Shown one piece after another: positions 1-10,194 of a DNA stretch of 64,000 bases. The notes beneath the pieces were generated by a model that had not been told where the DNA came from, did no database searches, and saw only the letters and a program-made list of their open reading frames with translations. Where the stretch lies: contig OY970368.1 of NCBI GenBank assembly GCA_963718615.1, positions 2,656,001 to 2,720,000 on the forward strand, in the 5' to 3' direction. The stretch is from an uncultured cyanobacterium (lineage in GTDB: Bacteria > Cyanobacteriota > Cyanobacteriia > PCC-9006 > JAAUQQ01). The position numbers and the translations under genes are program-made. Each line of letters opens with the position of its first letter. Position 1 is the stretch's first letter.

Positions 1-91
1 GAGCGGTTTTTTATGCCGTTTTTTGTACGGTATTTTGTGCGTTGCCTTGTTCACCCTCAGTCTCCCCTAGAATAGAAAGCTGCTGTTTTCC

Positions 92-835
92 ATGCTAGAG
101 AGGCTCAAGCCGGTGCCAACCTTAGGGGTCAATATCGATCACGTCGCAACCATTCGCCAAGCCCGCCGCACCGTCGAACCCGACCCAGTTGCCGCCGCTG
201 CCCTGGTGGAACTCGCCGGAGCCGATGGCATTACCGTGCACCTGCGGGAAGACCGTCGCCATATCCAAGACCGGGACGTGCGCATCCTGCGGGAAACCGT
301 CCGCACCCACCTCAACCTCGAAATGGCCGCTACCGATGAAATGGTTGCCATTGCCCTCCAGATCCAACCCGACTACGTCACCCTCGTCCCCGAACGCCGC
401 GAAGAAGTCACCACCGAAGGTGGCCTCGACATTGCCGGACAGCAGGAGCGGATGAATCGCGTTGTGGATCAGCTCCAGAGCACCGGAATTCCAGTCAGCC
501 TGTTCATCGACCCCGACTCCGCCCAAATTCAAGCCTCCGCCAAGGTTCAAGCTCAGTTCATCGAGCTCCATACCGGACGCTATGCGGAAGCCAAGGGCGA
601 AGCAGCGGTGCAGCAGGAATTGGAATTTTTGCGGCAAGGGTGTGAGGAGGCGATCGCCGCCGGTCTCCGGGTCAACGCCGGTCACGGCCTCACCTACTGG
701 AACACCTACCCCGTAGCAACTCTCCCCGGCATGGAAGAACTCAACATTGGCCACTCGATCATCAGTCGTGCCGTGTTGGTGGGAATTGAGCGCGCCGTGC
801 GTGAAATGAAAGACCTCATCCAGGGACGTCTTTAA
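92..835 (+). CDS. pdxJ: pyridoxine 5'-phosphate synthase
   Basis: [26 protein letters not shown] and ELNIGHSII motifs; the true start may be GTG at 113. Confidence 0.97.
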   Translation: MLERLKPVPTLGVNIDHVATIRQARRTVEPDPVAAAALVELAGADGITVHLREDRRHIQDRDVRILRETVRTHLNLEMAATDEMVAIALQIQPDYVTLVPERREEVTTEGGLDIAGQQERMNRVVDQLQSTGIPVSLFIDPDSAQIQASAKVQAQFIELHTGRYAEAKGEAAVQQELEFLRQGCEEAIAAGLRVNAGHGLTYWNTYPVATLPGMEELNIGHSIISRAVLVGIERAVREMKDLIQGRL

Positions 836-954
836 GGATCCCAGGCCAATCTGCGCAGGAAGTCCATAGAGACCCCCCGCAGGCGATAAGATCATCTATG
901 GTTTGAAGCTTGTACGGTTTGAACCTTGCCGTTTGATTTATAGCTCTTTTAATC

Positions 955-1284
955 ATGCAGACTTACCATTTCGTTCTCGCCAGCCAAAAATTCCTGTGTG
1001 AAGAGGAACCCCTCGAAGAAGTCCTGCGCGAGCGCCAGAGACATTACCAATCCCAGGAAAAAGCAATTGATTTTTGGCTCGTCACTGAGCCCGCCTTCCT
1101 AGAGGCTCCTGAACTCGCTGAATTCAAAGCCAAATGTCCTCAACCCGCCGCCGCCGTGGTCTCCACCAACGAGCAGTTCATTACCTGGCTCAAGCTTCGC
1201 CTAGAGTTTGTCCTCACGGGTCAGTTCCAAGCGCCCTCCAGTGCCATTAGTGATCCCCTCGCCTCCCTAGCCACCGCCGCCTAA
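955..1284 (+). CDS. ycf54: Ycf54, MgPME oxidative cyclase accessory protein
   Basis: YHFVLASQKFL..EEP.EEVLRER, DFWLV.EPAFLE and FITWLKLRLEFV. Confidence 0.93.
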   Translation: MQTYHFVLASQKFLCEEEPLEEVLRERQRHYQSQEKAIDFWLVTEPAFLEAPELAEFKAKCPQPAAAVVSTNEQFITWLKLRLEFVLTGQFQAPSSAISDPLASLATAA

Positions 1285-1397
1285 ATCGACTATAAAATCC
1301 AGCAAAACAAATTTTCCTGGTAACATCAGCAACGCCAGGAGAATAAGGGTGTTTGTTGTCGTCGGTTGTTGTTGTTGGTTTTTACCAAAGCGGTTCT

Positions 1398-2345
1398 ATG
1401 TTTCCCCCCATCTTGCGTCACGGTATCGCTCATCTGAGTCAGAGGGTTGGCTTCAGCGCAGTCCTGCTCTGCGGTGGCCTGAGCAGTCTGGGGGGAGCGG
1501 CCCTCGCCCAATCCGTCGAGATGCTGGCGGCCTGCGAGCCGCCCCGCGCCGAAGAATATTTGCTTCTAGTTGTCGTCTCGACTCCGGCGGACCAAGACAA
1601 GCTCAAACAAACCTTGCCCCCCAGCGTCAAGGCTCCGAGCTGCAATTATTTGGGTAGTCATGTCGCGCGCATGGGAGGCTTCCGCAAACCCGAAGATGCA
1701 GATGCTTGGGCCTCTTATCTGCGGGAAGTTGCGGCCCTACCGGCCTTCATCGCCCAACCCGCCGGGGCCAAGGCCAATGCCGTCACCCCCACAACTGCGC
1801 CGACCGTCTCGCTATCTCCGGCATCTCCGGCATCTCCGGCGTCTTCGGTATCTTCTCCGGCACAACCTATTCCTCCACGACCTATTCCTCCCAGCTCTCC
1901 AGGGGCAACGGTGGCGGTGCCAGGTTCGCTTCCGTCTGCTGCGCCGGTTGCCCCATTGCCGCCTGCCAATACCGGTGCGCTTCCTGCTCCCCCGGTGCCA
2001 AGCAGTCCTCCTGGGATCGTCGTTCCCGCCTCGCTTCCCCCGGCGGCGTCCCCGGCCAATGCGAATTTGGCTCCGAGTTTGGCCTATGTTCCGCGATCGC
2101 TCCCCTCGGGTTACGGGGTCTTAGTCGACTACGGCAACCGCCCCGAAACCGCTCAGCAGGTGCAAACTATTCTCGGTCGTGCCGTTGGACTCGCCGCCTA
2201 TGGTCAACGACCCTATGTGCTGGCTCAGTTTTCGCCGGATAGCGCAGTGGCGATCGCCGTCCTCCGCACCCTCACCCAGCAAGGCTTCAGCAGCATGATC
2301 GTCGACAGCAACGGCATCACCCTCCTCACCGACCGCATCCAGTAG
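1398..2345 (+). CDS. exported Pro-rich protein with SPOR-like ends (cyanobacterial hypothetical)
   Basis: signal-like N-terminus, ACEPP..EYLLLV domain, Pro/Ser/Ala linker, C-terminal GYGVLVDYGNRPE domain. Confidence 0.65.
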   Translation: MFPPILRHGIAHLSQRVGFSAVLLCGGLSSLGGAALAQSVEMLAACEPPRAEEYLLLVVVSTPADQDKLKQTLPPSVKAPSCNYLGSHVARMGGFRKPEDADAWASYLREVAALPAFIAQPAGAKANAVTPTTAPTVSLSPASPASPASSVSSPAQPIPPRPIPPSSPGATVAVPGSLPSAAPVAPLPPANTGALPAPPVPSSPPGIVVPASLPPAASPANANLAPSLAYVPRSLPSGYGVLVDYGNRPETAQQVQTILGRAVGLAAYGQRPYVLAQFSPDSAVAIAVLRTLTQQGFSSMIVDSNGITLLTDRIQ

Positions 2346-2348
2346 GGA

Positions 2349-2377
2349 CACCAGGACAAACCGCGTTTATCCTGGTG
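2349..2377. terminator. hairpin between convergent genes
   Basis: CACCAGGA-c-AAAC/GTTT-a-TCCTGGTG inverted repeat. Confidence 0.55.
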
Positions 2378-2410
2378 TATTGCCTAGACTCTGATGGACC
2401 TCTGTTCCCC

Positions 2411-2863
2411 TCACCGCAGCGTCGCCACCCAAGCCACCGCAATTCCCAGGGCACAACCCGCAAACACCTGAACCGGCGTGTGCCCCAGCAGTTCCTTTAG
2501 CTTTTCCTCATTGAAGTGATGATCTTCCTGGAAAAGCTCATCAATCATCTGATTGAGGATTCGCGCCTGCTTCCCCGCCGCTTGCCGAACCCCCGTCGCG
2601 TCATACATGACAATGACCGCAAACACCGTCGCCATGGCAAACTCAATGCTCTGCCACCCCCCCGTTTGCCCGACCCCTGCCGCCAGCGCCGTCACCAGCG
2701 CCGAGTGAGAGCTGGGCATCCCGCCGGACCCTAGAATGACCCGAAAATCTAACTTTCCATGGCGAACTAGACCCACCAACCCCTTAATGCCCTGGGCCAA
2801 AAAACAGGCTAAAAATGCATTTAACAGGACCTGGTTCTGAAAAATCTCTCCCACATTCTGCAT
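2411..2863 (-). CDS. divergent PAP2 family protein (DUF212)
   Basis: GGMPSSHSA, VMYDA.GVR..AG.QA..LN and LKELLGHTP.QV. Confidence 0.92.
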   Translation of the reverse strand: MQNVGEIFQNQVLLNAFLACFLAQGIKGLVGLVRHGKLDFRVILGSGGMPSSHSALVTALAAGVGQTGGWQSIEFAMATVFAVIVMYDATGVRQAAGKQARILNQMIDELFQEDHHFNEEKLKELLGHTPVQVFAGCALGIAVAWVATLR

Positions 2864-2971
2864 AACGGATCCCGCTCACTCCTGCTGCATCCCAACATGG
2901 GCAAAGCGTATCACCGGATGGACCTCAATTGGTTACTCTCAAGGAGCTACTGTTGGCTACATGACGGGTGA

Positions 2972-3970
2972 CTAATGGGTGCGGGCCGTGATGAACTCGG
3001 CGATCGCCATCAGCGGTAGCGCTTTCTCGCCCCAGCCAGCCACCTCTCCCTTCGCCGCCTCCACCAGTTGCTGAGCCTGACGACGGGATTCTTCAATGCC
3101 CCAAAGACTGGGATAGGTTACCTTCTGGGCGGTGAGATCCTTCCCGGCACTTTTACCTAGCTCTTCGGATGTCGCGGTAATATCCAGGACATCATCGACG
3201 ATTTGGAACGCCAAGCCAATGTTTTGGGCGTAGCGCAGCAACCGCGCCTGATCCGCAGCATCGGCTCCTGCCAAAATTGCACCGGAAACTACCGATACTT
3301 CCAAGAGCGCCGAGGTTTTGTGCGTGTGAATAAAATTGAGGGTTTCGAGGGACACATCAGTTTTGCCCTCGGATTCTAGATCCACGACCTGACCGCCGAC
3401 CAAACCCTCCGCCCCGACAGCTCGGCCCAGTTGAGAAATGACTTTGAGAATGCGATCGGGCGCGACGTTTTGCGTATTTTCGACAATGTATTCAAAGGCA
3501 TAGGCCAACAGCCCATCTCCTGCCAAAATCGCAATATCTTCGCCGTAAATCTTGTGATTCGTCGGTTTGCCCCGACGGAAATCGTCATTGTCCATGGCCG
3601 GTAAATCGTCATGGATCAGCGACATCGTATGCACCATCTCTAGAGCGCAGGCCGTGGGGATAGACATCTCGGTTGTCCCCCCCATCAGCTCACAGGTCGC
3701 CAAACAGAGAATCGGACGCAGCCGTTTGCCACCCGCCAGCAGCGAATAGCGCATCGACTCATAGATCGTCTTGGGATCTGCCATCGGCAAGGCACGATCG
3801 AGGGCTGTTTCCACAAAGGTTTGCTTTTCGGCCAAATACCGCTTCAGATCAAAAGCGGCGAGACTGGTCGATGCAGGTGCCGAGACATCAGAAGGATTGG
3901 GGCGAGCGCCCGCCGTTGCGGTACCGCTGAGGGTGCCGCTGACTGTACCGCCCTGGAGAGGACTCATCAT
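2972..3970 (-). CDS. crtE: geranylgeranyl diphosphate synthase
   Basis: [26 protein letters not shown] and FQIVDDVLD; ATGA overlap with the folD stop. Confidence 0.95.
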   Translation of the reverse strand: MMSPLQGGTVSGTLSGTATAGARPNPSDVSAPASTSLAAFDLKRYLAEKQTFVETALDRALPMADPKTIYESMRYSLLAGGKRLRPILCLATCELMGGTTEMSIPTACALEMVHTMSLIHDDLPAMDNDDFRRGKPTNHKIYGEDIAILAGDGLLAYAFEYIVENTQNVAPDRILKVISQLGRAVGAEGLVGGQVVDLESEGKTDVSLETLNFIHTHKTSALLEVSVVSGAILAGADAADQARLLRYAQNIGLAFQIVDDVLDITATSEELGKSAGKDLTAQKVTYPSLWGIEESRRQAQQLVEAAKGEVAGWGEKALPLMAIAEFITARTH

Positions 3971-4860
3971 AGGTCTTGAGCCGATGGTGAACAACGCTGG
4001 CAATAACTCCAGACTGTATTATGCAACAGCATGGCGACGGTCATCGGACCAACTCCGCCAGGGACGGGGGTAATGTAGCTGGCGATCGCCGCCACACCAT
4101 CATAATCAACATCACCCACCAATCGAGACTTTCCCTCGGGCAGATCTACCCGATTGATCCCCACATCCACCACCACCGCACCGGGTTTGACCCTGTCGGC
4201 AGTCACCAAACCGGGTCGTCCCACGGCGGGGATCAAAATATCTGCCGAGCGGGCTACAGCGGCTAAGTCGGGGGTGCGAGAATGGGCGATCGTGACGGTC
4301 GCGTTGGCGTCTAGGAGCATCAGCGCCAAGGGTTTGCCCACCAGGATGCTGCGGCCAATGACAACGGCTGTTTTTCCCGCCGGATCAATGTCATATTCCT
4401 CCAGCAACCGCATCACCCCAGCGGGGGTACAGCTCCGTAACCCGGCTTCCCCCCGCACCAAATGACCTAGATTGACGGGGTGGAGGCCATCGGCGTCTTT
4501 TTCTGGCGCGATCTGGTGGAGCAAGGCGACGGAATCGAGTCCACTGGGCAGGGGCAATTGCACGAGAATGCCGTCCACTCGTTCATCTTGATTAAGATCC
4601 TGAATGATGCCGCTGAGGGTTGCAAAGCTGGCATCGGCGGGTAAATGCTGACCAAAAGACGTTATTCCTACGGTTTCGCAGGATCGTTCTTTGTTGCGAA
4701 CGTAGGCCGCACTGGCGGGATTGTCGCCCACCATCAAAACCGCAAGGCCGGGGGGTCGCCCAATTTGGGGCTGAAGGGCTTGGACGCGATCGCGCAAGTC
4801 CTGCTGAATTTTTGCCGCAAGGGCTTTCCCGTTCAAAATACGGGCTGGGGAGGCGGTCAT
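3967..4860 (-). CDS. folD: methylene-THF dehydrogenase/cyclohydrolase
   Basis: [23 protein letters not shown] and [12 protein letters not shown]. Confidence 0.97.
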   Translation of the reverse strand: MTASPARILNGKALAAKIQQDLRDRVQALQPQIGRPPGLAVLMVGDNPASAAYVRNKERSCETVGITSFGQHLPADASFATLSGIIQDLNQDERVDGILVQLPLPSGLDSVALLHQIAPEKDADGLHPVNLGHLVRGEAGLRSCTPAGVMRLLEEYDIDPAGKTAVVIGRSILVGKPLALMLLDANATVTIAHSRTPDLAAVARSADILIPAVGRPGLVTADRVKPGAVVVDVGINRVDLPEGKSRLVGDVDYDGVAAIASYITPVPGGVGPMTVAMLLHNTVWSYCQRCSPSAQDL

Positions 4861-5005
4861 GGGCACCTAGGTCTTCGTCTGTTTTTTCAGTTTCTCATAG
4901 CTCCGAAAAATCCCACCCATCCTCGGCAGTCCGGATTAAAATTGACACAATTGGTTGCGAAACCATGGTTGCGAAACTAGGTTGTAAAGGTTACAAAAAT
5001 TTCCT

Positions 5006-5491
5006 ATGGCTGCTGATACCGCCCAACGGCACCCGCATGGCAAAAAATCTTCCTTTGGGGCGATCGCGATCGCGACGGGTTTAGGCTTAACACTGTTCGG
5101 TGTGGGTTGTGCGGCCACGCGTTCGGGGGAGCGCTCCTACATTACTTTTGTTGGGTTTCAGACGCCTTGGGGGGGTCGGGCACTGCCGATTGAGCGGTTG
5201 CTGGCCCAAAGAGATTTGATCCGAGGGAACCAGAAAAATCTTGAGACCTCGGTCAAAATTCAAGGCCAGATTGTGCAGCGATCGCCCCTGCTCAACGGTG
5301 TAGCCTACCGTATCCAAGACTCAACGGGATCAATTTGGGTCTATAGCGACAACCCCAAAATAAAGTTAGAGGTGGGCCAGTTTGTTACGGTTCATGGACA
5401 ACCGATGTATCAAGAGGCGAAGGTAGACAACCAGGATTTTGGCTCGTTGTACATCAAGGAAGAGCGGCGATCCCTGGCGAGTTCGGTTTAG
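5006..5491 (+). CDS. putative OB-fold lipoprotein
   Basis: hydrophobic segment ending GVGC (lipobox-like), then V.IQGQIV..SPLL...YRIQDSTGSIWV. Confidence 0.65.
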   Translation: MAADTAQRHPHGKKSSFGAIAIATGLGLTLFGVGCAATRSGERSYITFVGFQTPWGGRALPIERLLAQRDLIRGNQKNLETSVKIQGQIVQRSPLLNGVAYRIQDSTGSIWVYSDNPKIKLEVGQFVTVHGQPMYQEAKVDNQDFGSLYIKEERRSLASSV

Positions 5492-5585
5492 GGGATGGGT
5501 TTAGGCTAGAGTGGTGACTGGTCCGATTGCGGTCGGAATCCGGGCCTAGATCGAGGGCTTACTCTAGCCTTTGAGCGGAGTCGTT

Positions 5586-5619
5586 TGCTAGAATGGAAAA
5601 CCAGTGAAAGAAAAAGGAG
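5586..5619 (+). promoter_or_regulatory. extended -10 (TGcTAGAAT) and Shine-Dalgarno AAGGAG of rpsU
   Basis: TGCTAGAAT at 5586-5594; AAGGAG about 12 nt upstream of the ATG. Confidence 0.5.
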
Positions 5620-5631
5620 ATTCTCAAGTTT

Positions 5632-5805
5632 ATGGCACAGGTGACCGTTGGGGAGAACGAAGGAATTGAATCAGCACTGCGACGCTTTAAGCGTCAGGTC
5701 TCGAAAGCAGGCATCTTTGCGGATCTGAAGCGGCTACGTCACTTCGAGACCCCCATGGAGAAAAAGAAGCGGAAAGCTCAGGCCAAGCGCCGTCGCCGCA
5801 ACTAA
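5632..5805 (+). CDS. rpsU: 30S ribosomal protein S21 (57 aa, below the ORF-track cutoff)
   Basis: own translation: [57 protein letters not shown]. Confidence 0.96.
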   Translation: MAQVTVGENEGIESALRRFKRQVSKAGIFADLKRLRHFETPMEKKKRKAQAKRRRRN

Positions 5806-5884
5806 TTGCAAGACATTGCAAAGGCTGGCTGGGCAGTTCCTGGCTAAATGAAGGTCAAAACTTAGTGTTTGATAGCTCTAAATC

Positions 5885-5921
5885 AAGGGTCGCCATCCAA
5901 GCTGGATCGCGGCCTTTGTTT
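5885..5921 (+). terminator. intrinsic terminator after rpsU
   Basis: GGGTCGC-C-ATCCA agc TGGAT-C-GCGGCCT followed by TTGTTT. Confidence 0.6.
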
Positions 5922-6350
5922 GTAGGATTTTTAGCGCATCGCTACCGAATAACTGTAACAAATAACTGTTAATTGATGGGGTGGGTTGGGGAGAGGAATT
6001 TAATTTCTGTTCCCTTAATCTGTTTTGGAGTCAATCCGAACTTTTATTCCAGACTCTAGATAATGACCTAAGGCTTTCCCCAAGGCTTCTTCAGGACTAG
6101 GCTTAGGCTCTGTCTTAAAGAGTTTCTGTAAAAACTGAGCTGTGACAAATAGAACCACAGCAGTAAGACCTACAATATGCATGGCTTATCCCTCCACGAT
6201 GTTCTTCTTGCCTTAGGATTCATCTTTCTTGTGCGTCAATCTTGATGCTTTTAAGAAATTTATCTTCGCACTATGCTAGACATGGCTAGTTTGTAAACTT
6301 TAGATAAAAATCCAGTTAGGACCTCTCAACTCATCAAAAACCTACTCATC

Positions 6351-6391
6351 AAAAAACGGATATGGCTTCAAGTGAAAAACCATATCCGTTT
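6351..6391 (-). terminator. intrinsic terminator of the TED/SdrD-B/SPM gene
   Basis: AAACGGATATGG...CCATATCCGTTT inverted repeat with a T-run on the minus strand. Confidence 0.7.
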
Positions 6392-6430
6392 GCCTATTCA
6401 ACACGACTGAAGGCTTGGCCCTGCCTCCTA

Positions 6431-9400
6431 TTAATGAGCGACTAGGGAAGGAGAGTTATTCATCAGTCCACCCACTTGGAAATAAACATCAACCATTGCC
6501 ATCTCATGGCCCACTGTTGAACGAGCGCTACTGCGTTCACCGAGCAGATTGCCCTGGGCATCGAGGTTGAACTGGCTGGTGTAGTCCACTTTGAGGGATT
6601 CGATGCCTGCTTCAGCCAAGGACTTCAGTTCGCCGGATTCAGTCAGGGCATTTTCATTGAGATCTTGCCAGACCCGCAGTTGGCTAAAGTTGGTATCAGA
6701 AGCATTGACCCAACCATCGCCGTTGCTATCAAAACTGGCCAGTTTGGCAAATCCTTCGCCCACGCTGCCACCGAAGAGCTCGGAACGATCGTCGATTTGA
6801 CCATTGCCATTGTTGTCGATTGCCAGGAAACCATCTTGACCCGAAAGCCAACCGGTTTGAACTTTCTCGCCCGTATTCAGCAGGTCGAAGGTAATGCCCC
6901 GCTCCAAGCTGAGGGTTTGAATACCATCACCGTTGAGGTCGAGGGCGATCGGGCTGACAAATCCATAGGAGGTTTTGTCGTAGATTGAGACATCTAGATG
7001 ATCATTGCAGACCTTGTCCGAATCTGCTGAAACCACTTTCATCGAAAAGGTTTCGGTACCTTCAAAGTAGCCTGCACTATTGCCCGCATCGCGATCGACC
7101 GTGACTCGTTCTTTCCAGGTTTGGACTTGGAACGAATTGGATACGGACTGACCGGCTGCTACTTTGACGGTGACTGTATTGTCCGAAGCAATTTTACCGT
7201 TTTGGTAGAGGGTGAAATCCCAGCTGGCATCGGATGGGCCGACCATGGGGCGATCGGAACCCACCGTTCCATTGGAGACTCGGTTATAAACGTTGTAAAG
7301 CCATCTACCACCAACGCCTTGGCGAACGTCGTAATAGCCGCCCCACATGATGTTCTGGTTGCCTGCCCATTGATCAACCCGTTTGGCGGAACCGTTGTCT
7401 ACTTGGATGGTGAAGTAGCGATCGCGATCGCTCACCTCATCCAATTGAATATAATAGTTGCCTTGGCTCCCTTCATTAATCCCACTGGTTCCCACCAGCT
7501 TGGCGCAGACGGGTTCGCGTACAATGCCCGCATCCAGCGTCGAATTGTATTCACCGGGAGCCAGCACTACGGTTTGGGTCATGCCGGTGCTGGGGTGAAC
7601 ATCGGAGTCGAGGGTGTCGTCGTTACTACCGGAAAAGGCGACTAGCTTAATGTCATCCAGATGCGCACCGCGACCATAGGCCAGGGCTGTGCCGGTGGAC
7701 AGGAATTCGAGTTGTTTGGTAGAACCATCGCCTTCGAAGCTAACCGTATAGGTTTTCCAGTTGTAGCCGGAATTGTCGGAACCATCCTCATGAACGGCAA
7801 GCAGCGTTGACCCATCTAGGCGCACTTCCATGGCATTGACATCCGCATCGTAGCCGGGACGCGGTGCATATTGGAAGGTGAGAGTATATTGCTTGCCAGC
7901 TTCGGTGGCCACATCGCGATAGATTTGACTGGCGTCGTTGTAGTAGTCGATGGCGTCATCGTTGAGTTCGATGTGGTTGCGGCCATCGGCGGAGTCGCTG
8001 GTGCGAATTTCGAGATAACCATCTTTGGATTTCCAACCTTCTAGGGGAGCAGCAACAAAACCGTTAGTATTGGTTGTTTCAAAGCTCGATTCAAAGATGA
8101 CTGTGGAAGAACTTTCAGCGGCGTTGGCTTGGGTAAACTGGTAACCGTTAGGGAGGTTGGTGAAAGTAACTTTGTATTCTTCACCGGCATTGAGATGATC
8201 AAAGCGGTAGTTGCCATTGGCATCGGTCACCGTAGTTGCTGTGGTGTCATCGCTATTGCCAATTACACCATCAGCACCGCCCCCAGTCAGGATGACCTTA
8301 ACCCCTTGAACGCCTTGCTCGCCAGTATCCTGAATTCCGTCTTTGTCGGTGTCATACCAGACGCGATCGCCTAAACTCGCAGGCTTCGCCACAATTCCCG
8401 CATCCAGCGTCGGATTATGCTCACCGGATAAGAGGGTCACAATTTGAGTTTTCCCATTGACCGGATTGGCATCAGAATCTAATCCATCGTTGCTGCCCGC
8501 ATCCGCTTGGGTAAATCCATAACCACTCGGTAAGTGATCAAACTGAACCTGATATTCTTCACCAACATTAAGCTGCTCAAATTTGTAGTAACCGTTGGTA
8601 TCGGTCGTTGTGGTCGCAACGGTATCATCCGCATTGCCAATGATGCCATCTGCACCGCCACCGACCAGTGTGACTTGAATGTCGGCAACCCCTTTTTCGT
8701 TGTCATCTTGGATGCCGTCTTGGTCGGTGTCGTACCAAACGCGATCGCCCAAACTCGCCTTCCGATAAAACCCTGAATCAATCGTGGTATTATTTTCACC
8801 CGGTGCTAGGGTCACAACCTCGGACAACAACCCATCCGAATCAATCGCATCATTACCGCCTTGATCCACCGGACTTGCGAAATCAAATCCCTCAGGGGTT
8901 TCAACCTGAACTTTGTAATTGCCTGCAATCACAGTAAATGAATAATTGCCATTCGAGTCAGTCGTTGTAGAAGCAATAATTTCGTTAGGTGCGATCGCGC
9001 CATCCCCATTGATGTCCGCCAGCAGATTTACCGTTGTGCCAGCGATACCGGTTTCTCCAGCCTCTTGAATTCCGTTGGCATTGCGATCTTCAAAGACGCG
9101 ATCGCCCAACTTCGAAAGCGCCACCGCTGCAAACATAATCTGGGCGTCCGGCAGACCATCGCCGCTCATCTCCGGCACGATCAAAACCCCCATTTTTTGC
9201 CCAAACCCCGGAACAAAACCTTCTCCATGAACTTTTGCCGCGTTGACAATTTCATCCACACGGTTTTGTTTCCACAGCGTCCCCTCAGAACCAACACCGA
9301 CCGTCGAATTTGTATCGTCAATCAGTGTCCAAATTGCTCGCTGTACATCAGCGAATGTATAGTTGCCATAACCACCAAGAGAAGCTTGGCCAGCAAAATC

Positions 9401-9751
9401 CTGGTTAATAATCCAGTTGAGCAAATCTAGATTTTCGGACTTTTCGATCAGGCCCGGACCCATCAGTTCTGTGGGAAGTGGCTCATAGCTTGAATAGACT
9501 TTAGCTGTATAGCTATCACCTACTTCGTCGGGATCAACGACACCATTGCGATTGTTGTCGAGTTCAAAATCAATGGGGCGATCGGTATCAATACAATAGC
9601 CATCAAATGTACCATTCAGAATTCCACCATTAGTAATGACCAGATCCACATAGCTTTCTAAGCCAGAAGCCTGAGGATGAGCGTAGGAGTAAATAACTTT
9701 CTGGAGAGTAACTTGATTGGGCAATGCGGCACTGAGTTGTTCAATAGTCAT
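6431..9751 (-). CDS. large surface protein: putative thioester domain + 3 SdrD-B + DUF642-like + Calx-beta-like + FrpC-type self-processing module
   Basis: GYCID / DVQRAIW / DAQIMF; three LGDRV(W/F)xD...LDAG-type repeats; C-terminal SPIALDLNGDGIQT...ELFG...LRVWQDLN. Confidence 0.8.
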   Translation of the reverse strand: MTIEQLSAALPNQVTLQKVIYSYAHPQASGLESYVDLVITNGGILNGTFDGYCIDTDRPIDFELDNNRNGVVDPDEVGDSYTAKVYSSYEPLPTELMGPGLIEKSENLDLLNWIINQDFAGQASLGGYGNYTFADVQRAIWTLIDDTNSTVGVGSEGTLWKQNRVDEIVNAAKVHGEGFVPGFGQKMGVLIVPEMSGDGLPDAQIMFAAVALSKLGDRVFEDRNANGIQEAGETGIAGTTVNLLADINGDGAIAPNEIIASTTTDSNGNYSFTVIAGNYKVQVETPEGFDFASPVDQGGNDAIDSDGLLSEVVTLAPGENNTTIDSGFYRKASLGDRVWYDTDQDGIQDDNEKGVADIQVTLVGGGADGIIGNADDTVATTTTDTNGYYKFEQLNVGEEYQVQFDHLPSGYGFTQADAGSNDGLDSDANPVNGKTQIVTLLSGEHNPTLDAGIVAKPASLGDRVWYDTDKDGIQDTGEQGVQGVKVILTGGGADGVIGNSDDTTATTVTDANGNYRFDHLNAGEEYKVTFTNLPNGYQFTQANAAESSSTVIFESSFETTNTNGFVAAPLEGWKSKDGYLEIRTSDSADGRNHIELNDDAIDYYNDASQIYRDVATEAGKQYTLTFQYAPRPGYDADVNAMEVRLDGSTLLAVHEDGSDNSGYNWKTYTVSFEGDGSTKQLEFLSTGTALAYGRGAHLDDIKLVAFSGSNDDTLDSDVHPSTGMTQTVVLAPGEYNSTLDAGIVREPVCAKLVGTSGINEGSQGNYYIQLDEVSDRDRYFTIQVDNGSAKRVDQWAGNQNIMWGGYYDVRQGVGGRWLYNVYNRVSNGTVGSDRPMVGPSDASWDFTLYQNGKIASDNTVTVKVAAGQSVSNSFQVQTWKERVTVDRDAGNSAGYFEGTETFSMKVVSADSDKVCNDHLDVSIYDKTSYGFVSPIALDLNGDGIQTLSLERGITFDLLNTGEKVQTGWLSGQDGFLAIDNNGNGQIDDRSELFGGSVGEGFAKLASFDSNGDGWVNASDTNFSQLRVWQDLNENALTESGELKSLAEAGIESLKVDYTSQFNLDAQGNLLGERSSARSTVGHEMAMVDVYFQVGGLMNNSPSLVAH

Positions 9752-9972
9752 GGGAAGCTGCTAGTCAAAAACTAAGCGTTAATGTTGAATAAGCATCTGA
9801 GTGATCGATGAAGCGACTTTCTAAGTTTTGAAAGGGCGATCGCTCAGAGCCAGCGAAAAAGACCGGAATTTCTTCTTTCAATTCAAAGGAATTGCCTATA
9901 GAGAAGCATCTTGTGCATTGGCCGGATGGAATAACTGAGAAGCAATGCACAAGCGGCTTCCAAGTGAAGGTT

Positions 9973-10194
9973 TTAACCTTTGCGTTGGCGAGCGCGAATT
10001 ACCTTCTGGGCAACAAATCCACCACCCAAAATCAAACCTGCCATTGCAGAGGGCTCCGGTACAGACTGAGGCATAGGAGTTGTAGGCTCACATCCTGGCA
10101 ATCCGACTTCACAGGTACCATTTGCCGAAGCACTGGGAGCGATAGAAGCGATTGCACTCACAACAACAGTAGCCAAAACAATTTTCTTCAACAT
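9973..10194 (-). CDS. minimal PEP-CTERM sorting-domain protein (73 aa)
   Basis: Sec signal ending ASA, then VPEPSAMAGLILGGGFV and a basic tail KVIRARQRKG. Confidence 0.85.
   Translation of the reverse strand: MLKKIVLATVVVSAIASIAPSASANGTCEVGLPGCEPTTPMPQSVPEPSAMAGLILGGGFVAQKVIRARQRKG

Noticed and set aside
122-895. long antisense or alternative-frame ORFs (also 12152-13096, 34767-35417, 44992-45558)
   Set aside because: shadows of well-supported genes on the other strand, without motifs of their own
4982-4996. NtcA site (TGTAAAGGTTACA)
   Set aside because: GTA-N5-TAC spacing instead of N8
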